Source: the human T2T-CHM13v2.0 reference genome, Homo sapiens
DNA length: 64,000 bases
Direction: 5' to 3' (one strand)
Assembly (NCBI RefSeq): GCF_009914755.1
Contig: NC_060926.1
The notes beneath the pieces are model-generated. The model ran no database searches. It saw nothing but the letters and a program-made list of their open reading frames with translations, and was not told where the DNA came from. Shown piece by piece: positions 1-15,130 of this stretch (within the stretch, counting starts at the first letter, position 1; every line of letters begins with the position of its first letter). The position numbers and the translations under genes were made by a program.

Positions 1-1187
1 GGTCCTGCAGAGCGCTCTGGAGTGGAAGTTATGCTTCAGAGCTGTCGCTACTACAGGAGGCTGGGAGCTGCCCTGTTGTCATCCTCCTGTACCCATCAGA
101 TGGTGGTAAGCATTTCCAACTCTGCCAGGATGAGCAGAGAAAATCAGTAGCCCAAACTGGAGAGATGTTAACGGAAAAGCCTAACAGCAGACGCAGGCTT
201 TCAGAAGTAAAACCATGGGCCGGGGAGCGGGGAGGCGGGGGAGCATCAAAAACAGAGCTGGGATGTTATCTGCCTGAGGCTCCTCCAGTGTAAAATCATC
301 CATCTCACTTTGTGGCCACAGGTTAAAGTGCTTAGAAATGTATCATGGGATTGCCTGAATATTAATGACCAGGTCAGAAAATGCCTTATCACTTTCACCT
401 TACTGTTTTCACTGGGTCTCATTTGCCATAAAAGTCTTCAGAGACAGAAAGCAGGGCTAATCTCATCTTTCAAAAGACTAGCTAAAAAAAAAAAAAAAAG
501 AGTGGTGATACTCAGAATGTATTTTACTTATTTTACATAAGGTCATAATGACCTAATGGCACAGACAGGACACAAGGCTCAGCCACACCCTGTGTCTAGA
601 AACACGTTAGTCTCAGGCTCATGCTGGAGATCCCATATCCTGGCATTGCATGACCTCTAATGTGCTGTATCCCTACCCCAGAACAAGTGACTCAATTTTA
701 TGTTCCTAGTTTAGACCATGTATGTTTCTGTTAGCAAACCAAAAGAGAAATGTAAGGATAAAAATAAATAAATAATAAAATATTGGCAAAAGGCTGTCTA
801 TCTCTGACTCCAGCAGATGCCATGACCTTGTCATAAAGTGTGGATAGGGCATCATTTTATCAAACAAATACATTTTATATTCTTAAAAGACATATTTATT
901 AAAATAAAAATAAACTAAAAAGAAGCTCTTGAAAATATGGCTCTATTCTCTTAACTGTGTTATTTTACATCATCAAATGATATGGTGACAATGAATCAGC
1001 CATAACAGGGTAATTAATAGTTTCTCTTTGGAGAACTGACATTTGAAATGTTATTTATTATGAATTTAAGTTTTTCATCTGGAAATCTTAAACATGAAAA
1101 ACTGGGCAGGGTTTTCTTTTCTAACAGTTCCAGGTTTATTTGTAAATGTTTACATATTATTTTATTTTATACACACACACACACACA

Positions 1188-1333
1188 CACATACACGATT
1201 TGTTCTTGGTATAACCATGAAGCACAAATCCAGGAACACAAAATATAAGGTGACAAAATGAACACACACGATTTGCTCTTGGTATAACCATGAAGCACAA
1301 ATCCAGGAACACAAAATATAAGGTGACAAAATG
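1188..1333. repeat. Near-perfect 73-bp tandem duplication next to a (CA)n
   Basis: acacgatttg(t/c)tcttggtataaccatgaagcacaaatccaggaacacaaaatataaggtgacaaaatg occurs twice with period 73. Confidence 0.95.
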
Positions 1334-3327
1334 TATTAAAATGCTTTTTATTGAATTTGATAATATATGAATAATAGAGATCATGAACTATTTCTGGAAA
1401 ATATTCAATAGACTGAGGATATGCTACAATGTTTATTTTTGTTTATTATAGCTGGCAAGTCATTATATCATCCATAAACATCTGACTCCACTCAAAAAAG
1501 TCTAAACGTTTGGAAAATCTATGGTTGGTTTCATGGGGCATAATATACCATATTTTCCATTTAACAATGCTGCTGGTAAAACCAGCTGCCCAGTCCGGCT
1601 GTTAGTGACTACAGTACATACAGCAAAAAACAATCTGCCTGCTGACCTCCTGCTTAAGTTCAAACTATGTCATTCTGTCAGTACCATCTACCTTGATTAG
1701 GTTGGGCTTTATACACAACAGGTTATGATCCCAGAGGGATGAAAAGCTTTCCTAAATTAAAAGCAGAATTTTAAAAGGAAATACTCATACATTCCTACGC
1801 AGTTTCCATTTGATATCCTCAAGGCTGGCCCATGAACTCAAGCTCATGTTGATTGAAAGTGAATGTTTCTTTCTAGGTGTAGCCATCTTACAAATTTAAT
1901 GGCAGGAGGAAAATAATAAAATGTGTTTCATGCTTCAATTAGACCTTTTATAACTTGGCACTTGAAAGATGGCAACGCCAAAGAAAAATCATTAATCCAT
2001 AAAAATAGACAAAAAGGATTATATGGGAGAAGACAGACCTCCAGGAGTCTAGGTCCTTGGCAAAGTATACACTCTCGCCAATATGGTCTGTCTTTGTTTT
2101 GCCTCATTGTGAGTCTTCTCTCATGCTTCATGCTACTTGGATAAAATGTATACTGTATTTGCTTCTAAAATCCAAAGTAATACAACCATGCTTTCAATTT
2201 TATCCTTAGCCAAAGGAGCTGTATACATAACCAGGCAATAAAATGTTGGCTAGCCATGAAATGCCTATTCATGCACATGAAGGACAGATGAACGAACACA
2301 CACACACAACACACACACACACACAGAGACAGAGAACTGCAAAATACAGAGCCAAAAGATAGATCCTTCCAATTTTTATTTTGCAGTAGTATGCAACAGA
2401 CTTTCTCAAAAGGACCAGAGCCTTTCATAACCCCAGTCCAGACAACTATGGACACACAAATATTGCCCGAGTACTTTGAATCACGAGAGAAAGTGGAAGA
2501 GTGATGTCTGGAACATGTGAGAGTCTCTCAGGACCTCCAAACTCATTTTCAAGTGATGTTAACAGACTCTGTCAATATTAGAATGTATAAATTAGCTAAG
2601 AGTCAAGGGAACAAGAGATTTTTACCTCTCTTGGCCTCCTGCCATACCGAAAATGTCAGCACCAAACCTCAAACAGTCCCACTGTGTTTCTTCCTTGCTC
2701 CCAGTCCTGAAGTTCCAGCACCGCTGAAGACCGTTACCAAACCACAATGATTGGTATCATCACCAGTTCATGCTGTGAACTTCCCAAATCCTGTGATCTC
2801 AAATTGACCCCCTATCACTTCCAAACTGTCCACCCACTTTGGCCTCCCTTTCAACACCAAATTTTGGAAAGTGTCATGTACTTACTTCTGCATCCTCAAC
2901 AGCTAATCACTCTTTAACTCCTGAATTCTGGCTCCTGTCCCCACTACTTTAATGAAATTATACTCTAAACTTCGCCAGTCTTCTCCCAACCAACTGCCAA
3001 ATCTCATGACATGGTTTTAAGCCTCTCTCTCTTAACTTCTCAGCTTTCCACAAGTAGACAAGTCTTCTTCTGGAAACTCTCCACGCATGTCCTCTATACT
3101 CTCACTACTGTCTCCCTCTTCTTCCTTCTCCACCTGCCCCCATCTCCTGGCATTTCTTCTCTCTTTCCTGGGGCTGGTGCTGCTGCTGCTGGTGGTGGTG
3201 ATAGCAGTGATTTCTCCCCTTCTCTCCCCTGACTCTTCCATTTCCTGTCCCAGGCTCTGTGACAACATCTCTAATCTCTTGCTCTAGTCCTGATAACTCT
3301 TCTTCCTAGCGCCAAACTCATATTTTC

Positions 3328-3483
3328 TTTTTCTTTTCTTTTTTTTTATTATTCTAGGGTACATGTGCACAACGTGCAGGTTTGTTACATATGTATACAT
3401 GTGCCATGTTGGTGTGCTGCACTCATTAGCTCGTCATTTACATTAGGTATATCTCCTAATGCTATCCCTCCCCCCTCCCCCCA
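3328..3483 (-). mobile_element. Short 5'-truncated L1PA 3' end with a perfect 15-bp TSD
   Basis: tagggtacatgtgcacaacgtgcaggtttgttacatatgtatacatgtgccatg is the primate L1 3'UTR; TSD caaactcatattttc at 3313-3327 and 3484-3498. Confidence 0.92.
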
Positions 3484-4179
3484 CAAACTCATATTTTCAA
3501 TGACTGTTGCACATTTTCACTTAAGAAGTTGGTCAACACTTCAACGTCAAAATAACCCAATCTAAAACTATCACTTTAACCTTACTCCAACCACTCTTTC
3601 CATGTCTTCCTGGATTCCCTTCATAATTACACCTTTATTCTCAGGCATCAGGCTTGAAGCCTGGTGTCAGTTCTATTCCTCTCTTTATCCATTTATACAC
3701 TTTCTGTCCATTTTATTTCCAAAATATTTCTTCTCTGCACCCTCCCCAACAGCCTAGTTCAAAACCTCTGTACATTTCACCTGGATACTTGCAGTAGCCT
3801 GCTAAATGATATTCCTACCCTCTTGCTATCAAACCTCCATAAGACCTAATTAAGATGGTGGGAGCACAGCATATTCCTACCTAAGACCTATGACGGTTTC
3901 CAGTGCCTGTTAAAGTTCAGAGCTCTTGTCTTGGCACTCAAGGCCTTTTTCAATCTGTGTCCATCCCTTTTAAGTTTTATTATCTACCTTTCTTATCAAC
4001 TACCAACTATACTTGCAGTTTTTATACTTACAAATTGATAATAACTCTTTACAAGCAAAGAAAATATAAAAAATATCTTTACACCAAAAAGAGTAGTTTT
4101 TCCCATAAAAAGGTAGAATATATATAATAAGAGATAACAAAACTTGCCACGAGGCCAGTAAGAAAATCCCAACCATTAA

Positions 4180-4499
<320 letters not shown>

Positions 4500-4910
4500 A
4501 CAAAAACTCATTTTTCAATGACTCATTAATCATACGACAATTTCAAAACTAATAAAAATTTAAATCGCCTACATAATAGAAATACATTTCAATTCAACCA
4601 GAGATCCAACACACTTTCGAATAAAGAGAGAAAAAATGTATTAACTGACTTAACAAAAACGCTATTTATTTAACTCACGCAGTATTGCTTAAAGAGTATC
4701 TACAAAATTCTTACCTCAATGTTTTCTTGCAAGAGACGTGGAAACCAAAAGTAAACAGACCCTCTTTAACAATGAACCACTGATAAACATAAAATATTTA
4801 TAACTGGTATAACATTTCACTTAGGTGCATTTTTTGAGTGTTAACTTGCATCAGGCAATCCAATTTACCAACATTTATCAGATTTCTCCCCAGTGAGAGT
4901 TTTCACTTAA

Positions 4911-5232
<322 letters not shown>

Positions 5233-5899
5233 TGAAGTAATCATTAAATTTGGAAACATTCCTGTATTTTCCAAATTATTGAGGTTTCAATCCAGCATGC
5301 TTTCTTTCATTTGTAAGGTCCATCTACAGCGTGTGTTATCATGTGTCTCTGAACAGGTATCAGATAAATGAAAGCATTCCTACATTCTGTACGTTCACAG
5401 GGTTTTTCTCAGAAATCAGTTGTTTTATGTCTTCAAATTATTCCTGCATTTTTTAACTCAACATCTTTCCTATGAATGTCTTTACCTTAAAATAATAATC
5501 TTCTTCTTCATCATCTTTGCCTGCTGTACTTTATTAATCCTTCAAGGTCTAACCCATTGACAACCTAATACTCTAGAGTGTTGTTTACATATGTGCTTGC
5601 CCATTATCTTTTTCCTCTTTGCACCCACATAGAGCTTAGCTTCCTGCCTTGCATTTACGAGGGTGCTGAAATTTTAATCTACTGTTTTCTTGAAGGCTTA
5701 CCATATTCATTCTCCTGGAAGTATTCCTCACCTCCAGCTCACCATGAACCTCCACCACAACTATTGCTTACACTCTCCAACATTACTCATAACACTTCAC
5801 ATTTTACTCTAATTATCTGGTTACCTGGTTTTCACCACTAGATCGTTAGCTCCCCGAGATTATGCACATCTGCTTTGTTCTTACTCATATAAGGGCTAG

Positions 5900-6086
5900 G
5901 TAAGTTTTTCTCAACATGCGGCCCCGGATCAGTACCATCATAATCACCTGGGATCTTGTTAGAAATGTCCATTTCTGAGTCCAACCTCAGACTTACTCAA
6001 TCAGAAACTATGGGATGAGGCCCAGCAGTCTGTGTTTCACAGCCCTCCAGGTGATTCTGATGCACACTCCAGTTTAAGAACTACTA
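5900..6086. mobile_element. MER5A-like hAT DNA transposon
   Basis: atcacctgggatcttgttagaaatg...agccctccaggtgattctgatgcacactccagtttaagaactact. Confidence 0.85.
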
Positions 6087-6299
6087 GCAGAAAAGAATGT
6101 CTTACATATAAGCACCCTCAATAAAAATAAGACGTGTGAATTAACTGTTTACATTTTCAACATTTAGTGTTATAATTGGCATATAATTCTCTCAAACATT
6201 AAAAATAAAAGTAAACTATCCATTATCATTTTATCAATATCTTAAATCTAACTTTTATGTTTTGAAGGATTTTTATAAATTTTTAAATAAAACTTTACT

Positions 6300-6570
6300 T
6301 ATAAAATTATAAAACATAATTTTATTTCTTTTATAACGTTCAAAACCAAGGGAAAAAAATAGATTGTCTGGGCATGCATAGTTTTATAATTTGTTTTAAA
6401 AAATGGCAAGAGACTGATAATCACAAAATTCAAGATCAGGGTTACATCTGGAAACAGTAAATGGAGAGGATGAGAGAGTACATACCCAAGTCATTAGTAA
6501 CATTTGGGGTCCTGAGTTGCATGTTGGGTTCAAAGATGTCCATTACCTCATCAAAATTAATCAATTAGTT
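6300..6570 (+). mobile_element. Old L1M 3'-end fragment
   Basis: cacaaaattcaagatcagggttacatctgg...gttgggttcaaagatgtccatta resembles an L1ME 3'UTR. Confidence 0.5.
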
Positions 6571-6634
6571 AATTAATCATGGTCATGCATGGATCAATGG
6601 TAATAGCGTTTCATTAACTAAGGATTATTAATTA

Positions 6635-7273
<639 letters not shown>

Positions 7274-8791
7274 TTATTGCTAATATATGTAGAACTGAAT
7301 TATCATACTTTTGGCATGTTAATAATATAAACATTTTTTCATACAACGATGGAAGCTCCAGCATAAAAGTGATATTCTTTTCTGCTAAATGTTACAATAG
7401 ATTTTTTTCATGGAACATATGAAAGAAAGTAAAATTATTTGCCACTTCAATTAGTTAAAATTCTTAAAAGTAAGCATTTCTTTAAATAGCCAAGACAGAA
7501 ACCACTGACCATTCTAAATCCTCTTAGATCCCCCAAGCTCTATCATCTCCCCAATCAACCTTTGTTATAAAAGCACCAGCTGTTCCTATCTTCTGTAGTA
7601 TGTAGTTAATGGTTATCAGGAAATGACAAGGATAACATCTCCTGCCAAATTAAGTGCTACCTTCTAGTAAAAAGCTCACATAAATATTATTATACAGCTA
7701 TGGAAATGTTCATTTAAAAATGTCTGCCACATAGTATATCCATTTATTGACTCACTTGCTATCTTTTTTATAGAAATGTTTCTTTAAGAAATTGATATTT
7801 TAAACATTGTGCTATGCACTCAGATAAGAAAAAAAATCACAAAATTAATAACATCACCTCAACTTGCCATTAAATGAAGTTCTCCTCAGGTTATCTGCTT
7901 TATTACATTATATTGTGCTTTAATAAAGATTAAAAGAATAACTTTGAAAGGGAAAAGTAAGTATCATATATATACAAGCATAAGGCAAGTATTTTTCTTT
8001 CCCTAAAATAATGTCTTAGGAAAGACAGTCACCTCATAGCCAAATCCTTATCCAAGTCTCTGTATTACTCTATCATGAAAAACAAAGTTTGGTTTGGAGA
8101 AAAGAAATGGGGCTGAAGCAATCCCAACATTATTAGTTTTAAATGCTTATAGGTGTAATATAATCTAACAAGATCTCTTTTTCAAAGCAAAAAATCCATA
8201 CAAATTTAGAAATTATTTCTTATAATTGCAAATGCTGGATATGACTATGCAAAAGTCCATTAAAGATAACTTTAAGAAGCTAGAGATCAAACATATTCAC
8301 CTATAGAACACATATAAAAAGTAACTGTCTCCCTATTATACAAATGGAATGTGTGGTTTGCCATATAGTTAACCGTGACAGAATCATGGTTTTATAAAAA
8401 AAAAAAAAATACTGAGTCTCAAAAAATTTAGGCAGAAATGATGTGTGCTGGACAACTGGGTGAGATGACTGAAAACAGGGGAGTTGGTGATGACAGACAC
8501 TGATGCCAAATCACATGTGAAGCACTGAATAAAGTCAATGAACTGTATGGGTGGAAAAAAGTAGTATTTCTAAATTAATACTTTATGTAATATGTGACTT
8601 TAAAAATGTATATGTGGAAATAAATTAATACATTAAAATGTGGGTAGATATTTAACTATTTTATATCCATGTCTACAAGTTTTATGCATGCAAAATATCC
8701 CATTAGGAAAACATGTGAACACCCGTCTTGGTATCACCTTATATTTAGACATGTACAGTGCTTTTTCCTGCTTTTTAAAGAAACTCAGTTA

Positions 8792-9100
8792 AGCTGGGCA
8801 TGGTGGCTCACACCTGTAATCCCAGCACTTTGGGAGGCCGAGGCTGGTGGATCACCTGAGGTCAGGAGTTTGATACCAGCCTGGCCAACACAGCAAAACC
8901 CCGTCTCTACTTAAAATACAAAAATTAGCCAGGCATGGTGGCATGCGCCTGTAATCCCAGATATTCGGGACGCTGAATCAGGAGAATCGCTTGAACCCCA
9001 GGAGGCAGAGGCAAAGGTTGCAGTGAGTAGAAATCACACCACTGCACTCCAGCCTGAGTGACGAGCGAGACTCTGTCTCCAAAAAAAAAAAAAAAAAAAG
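8792..9100 (+). mobile_element. Alu (AluS-like)
   Basis: gctgggcatggtggctcacacctgtaatcccagcactttgggagg...gtctccaaaaaaaa. Confidence 0.95.
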
Positions 9101-9212
9101 AAAACCCGATTTCTTGCTTAACATTCCTATAAACTTCCAAATAAGTCAAGAGTTTACTTCCAACTTCTTTTAGGGCTCAATTTCTAACTTAATCCTTACA
9201 ATGTTTGCTTGC

Positions 9213-9491
<279 letters not shown>

Positions 9492-9920
9492 TAATCCTTA
9501 TAGTGTAATTCATTTGTTTTACGTATCACCTTTCCTTCATAAGGTTAAGAAAACAAATTATTTTACTCATCTTCTAAAGGCAAACCTTTTTCAATTATTG
9601 TATTAATTAAACTTTAAAGTACATAGTCTTAAAATCAAACCAAGCAAATGGTTAGGAGCCTTCAGATAACATAATCTAACAGTTTCCATAGAACAGGAAT
9701 TAACATCATAATTTCCTCACTGAAAAAAAAGGTAAAGAGACCATGAACTGATTCCACAGTAAAATCTTATTTTATAGACAGAAATATTTGGTTTCAGTTA
9801 AATATTTGATTCACTTTTGCTTGTTTATTTGCTTTTAATTCAGTCAAAGTAAAGATAAATTCAGATATTAAATTATGTTTTCAGGTTCTTAATAAGGAAA
9901 TATTTTATCTATTTCATTTT

Positions 9921-10252
<332 letters not shown>

Positions 10253-10789
10253 TAGAACCATCCTCCTATAGAATGCATTATTTGACCAAACATTAATTTT
10301 CCAAAATTTTGGTATTTTCATTTTTCAACAATTTAATTACATTTGAGTGACTTTATTTTCTTGAGATATATCTAAATCATATAATTTAAAAATACCTCAT
10401 TCATAGACCTAGTCAAAATCATGTACACAATTAAGCATAAACATCAAAGCTCCATGAAACCTATATGAATTGGTGCAGTAAGAGTCTGAATAATGTCAGT
10501 CCATATTCTTTAAGGTTATATATAATCATTCTTTCTATCCTTATGAGTTTCCAGGTGGATCCTTATAAATTCTTGTAGTTAAGAAGAGCAACTATGGAAG
10601 TATCTTGTAAAGACATAGCAACATATTACATCCGTAGTAACACCATGAAGTACTAACTACTCAGTAAACATTAATGAAGACATTGCAAACACAAATACCT
10701 ACCTGTTCAGGTAGATAACAGCCAGAAAAGCCAGCTGCAGAAGAACTAGGTGGAGGAGGGAAAGTCTAACCAGTACAAAGGTAGCAACC

Positions 10790-11507
<718 letters not shown>

Positions 11508-11680
11508 GATTTTACCTAAATTGAAAACATTTTAATTTAGTTCTTGCTGCCACTCTCATAAAAATAATATCAGAATAACGTTTTTAGCCTCTTAAGTCAC
11601 AGCAAGTGAAGCACAGATGCTTAAAAAAGAGAGGGAGTATCAGGATGTGCCAGACTGTATCAGAAAATTGAGCCTGAGCG

Positions 11681-11803
11681 TTCTTTCTTTTTCTCTTTCT
11701 TTCTTTCCTCTCTCCCTTCCTTCCTGCTTTCCTGCTTTTCTCTTTCTCTTCTTCCCTTTACTCCCTCCTTCCCTTCTCTCCCTTCCTTTCCCTTCTTTCT
11801 TTT
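11681..11803. repeat. CT-rich polypyrimidine low-complexity tract
   Basis: About 120 nt almost exclusively C/T. Confidence 0.9.
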
Positions 11804-12103
11804 AAAATAATTTGAAAGTAATCACAATGTCTGAAACACAGACCTAACAGCAGTGCCTGGTTTTGTGTTCTTGCTTTTTTCACTGTGTAATGGAAAACAT
11901 CATGTTAAGTCTGTCTTAAACTAAACCAAGACCAAAGACATCACCTTGGCCCTAAGGGCCATCTTATCCCTGCAGTATTTAGCAGAAGATCAGAAATCCT
12001 GGAAAAAATGAAGGGTAAAAGGTAGTGCTGTCTCTGACGGTGAAAGCAATGTTCACATTCACAACAGAAAATATTCTGATAAAGGCAACACGCTTACTTA
12101 TTA

Positions 12104-12431
<328 letters not shown>

Positions 12432-13223
12432 ACTCACAACTGCTCCCAGGGCTTTAAATCAGAGCTGCAATTTAATTCACAGTGAACTTGATTCTACTGT
12501 GGCTGAAGCCTTGAGGGTGAGCACTGGAGAGGGAATTGCCTGGAAAGGAATGATGTCCCCAGTTTCTAATGTAAGTCCCCAAACAGAACATGGTTTAAGA
12601 AACCGTCAAGGCAAGGGAGGCTCAAATGCTTCTACGTCCAGTAGCTGTGAGACTTTTGGTAGCTATTCCAACATCTGGGGAAAGGTACCAGTCCAGGGAC
12701 CTTCCAGATAAACAGTTCAGATATGGAGTCTGTTCAGGTCTCTGAGAAACCCAGAGTTCTAAGAGGATCTTGCAGATTCCTTCAAGTTTCCTGGGACTGA
12801 GTGAAAACTGCAGGGAATGGGCAGCCATTTTCCAACCACCCTCTAAACTTCTGGGATTCCATTTAACTCTAAAGTAGGTAGGGCCTTTGTAGCCCTATAT
12901 TAGAATTTCAGTAACTCCTAAAACCTCACCAAGTTCACAGCGACAATGCTCTAACCAAGAGCACTCTATGACCATTAGCTATTCAGATGCTCACAATTGC
13001 TGCCTGTGGCTGGTTATTCATAGATGAGAAACTTATATTCCTCCCTCAGGAATTTACCTGCATTACAATTAAAAGGTATTTGGTCCAAAAATCTTATTTA
13101 AGACACTTGTTACGGTACATCCAGGAAGCCAGGTATTTATTTTAAATAACATAAATCCCTGATATATATTTATATATTTTAGGTTGTTACAAGAACATTT
13201 TCAAAACTCAAAAAATAAAATAA

Positions 13224-13415
13224 TACACACACACACACATATACACACTATATATGTATATATATATAGTGTGTATATATGTGTATATATACAAGGATGT
13301 GTGTATATATGTGTATATATACAAGGATGTGTGTATATATGTGTATATATACAAGGATGTATGTATATACATATGTATGTGTGTGTGTGTGTGTATCTAT
13401 ATATATATATATATA
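13224..13415. repeat. Compound (CA)/(TA)/(TG) microsatellite containing a 3 x 30-bp minisatellite
   Basis: gtgtatatatgtgtatatatacaaggatgt occurs exactly at 13271, 13301 and 13331. Confidence 0.95.
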
Positions 13416-14899
13416 GTCTTTCACTCCTATATTCTGGCACTTAATTTTTATTATTTCTTTTGCAATTATGTAAAGTAAATATAATAAAATCTCAATGCTC
13501 AAAATATAATCCAATGACTTAGTGCCCCAAAGTATAGTTTCTGAAGGTTTTTGAGCAAAAGGTGAAGCACCTGATTGGCACAGATGCCTGCCAATAATAG
13601 CAAGGTGGCATAGGAAAGGTAGAAAGAAAAGCAAACTGAAATTTCAAAGGCCTGGGTTATAACTAGATGAGTGATCTGAGGATTATCTGTAAAATGGGAA
13701 GAATTACCTATAAAGTGGTCTTAAAGTAACCTTCCAGGTTACTTATCTAAGAGCATCTTTAAAAGTACCGTTTTAAAACAATTATCTTTCTCAGAATACT
13801 TGCTTCTGCTCTTTACTCTTTAGCAGGAATTTAAGACTTTCCTTAGATATCTCTATTAAACTCACCATTACAAGAAAAATAGTTGTTTATATAGTGGCAA
13901 TAGCAATATTAATTACAGTATTGCTCTTGCAAGTTTATCAATACTGCAAAAAAGATAGATAATATTTCTAAAGCTATTATTGTAGTATTTTCACGCTGTA
14001 AACCTTAACACAGTTGCTTTTGTGAAACAGCCCCTTGGGTTTGTCCATAGTTATAATGGGTAGAAAGCAATGAATTGGGTAAAAGGTTTTGCACTGAGAA
14101 ATTTCCAGAATCTCTGGCCTATGGATTTTTCTTTAAGCCATTAAGATGCTTATGCAAATGTAAATGGATTAGCATGAATGAGTGCTAATGGATTCCTTAA
14201 TAAGATAACACTCTAGTATTCCCCAGAACCTCTCCTAGAAACCCTGGGTAGAAGAACATAAGCCAAAAAAAAAAAAAAAAAAAAAAGAAAGAAAGAAAAG
14301 ACGACGGCAGAATTTCTCTACGATTCTTTCAACCTTAGAAAGTACTCTGGAAGTGATTCTACAAATGTAAAAAAAGGACACTGGCTTGCTTTTGGCACTC
14401 TTAGTAAAAATGTTGCCAATCAAACCAACAATTTCAAATTGGTACCCAAACATTAGAGCACAGAAAAAAGATACTCGAGCATATGAATGCCTTAAATTTA
14501 CAAACCTCCTCTCCAGGTTCTCTGCTTCCCCACCTTATGCTCTAAAACCTTGAAGCCCAGTTTTTAAAGACAACGATCTTGTCTAATACCAGAGAAATTT
14601 AAAAAATGTGCTCTAGGTCGAATAACTGTCCAAATGCAGATAAATATTTAGGAATATTCAAAATGATTAAGGCTGCTGGCTCTCGCCTCGTAATAAGAAA
14701 CACAAACCACATGGCTACTTTTTCCTCTTTTTGTGAATAACTCAAAGTCAAGTTCTAAAGCCTAAATGTTTCACAAGTGCTTTTTAATGGATTTTCTTTA
14801 GAAAAAATATATTTATTATAAGAATTTTCATATTTTTACTACTAACATACCTTTTTCAAACTGTATTGGCATTTCAGGTAACACCAAGCCCCACCATTT

Positions 14900-15130
14900 A
14901 TATAGTAGCTGAAGCACTGAGCTAAATCCCTGACACATCATTATCGTTTAACTCTCACAACAATTCTATGACATTGATATTAAGATGCCTACTTTATTAA
15001 AGAAGCTGAAGCTCAGTTGGCTTCTTTAATGTCATTATTTGACTTTAATGTCATAATTGTTTGATGTTACAAACCTGTTAATGGAAGATTCTGAATTCAA
15101 ACCTATGCCTTTAGGACCCTGCAGTCTGTA
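14900..15130 (-). mobile_element. MIR SINE
   Basis: gtttaactctcacaacaattctatga...gctgaagctcag...gaattcaaaccta. Confidence 0.6.

Noticed and set aside
1188-1333. Direct repeats here and at 13271, 21878 and 31878 as a CRISPR-like array
   Set aside because: Eukaryotic intron, only 2-3 copies, no repeat-spacer architecture and no cas genes
3174-3201. (GCT)n(GGT)n run encoding AAAAGGG in a 73-aa ORF
   Set aside because: Short trinucleotide run inside an L2 relic, with no exon signals
13184-13634. Overlapping ORFs with YIH/VCI repeats
   Set aside because: Translation of TA/CA microsatellite
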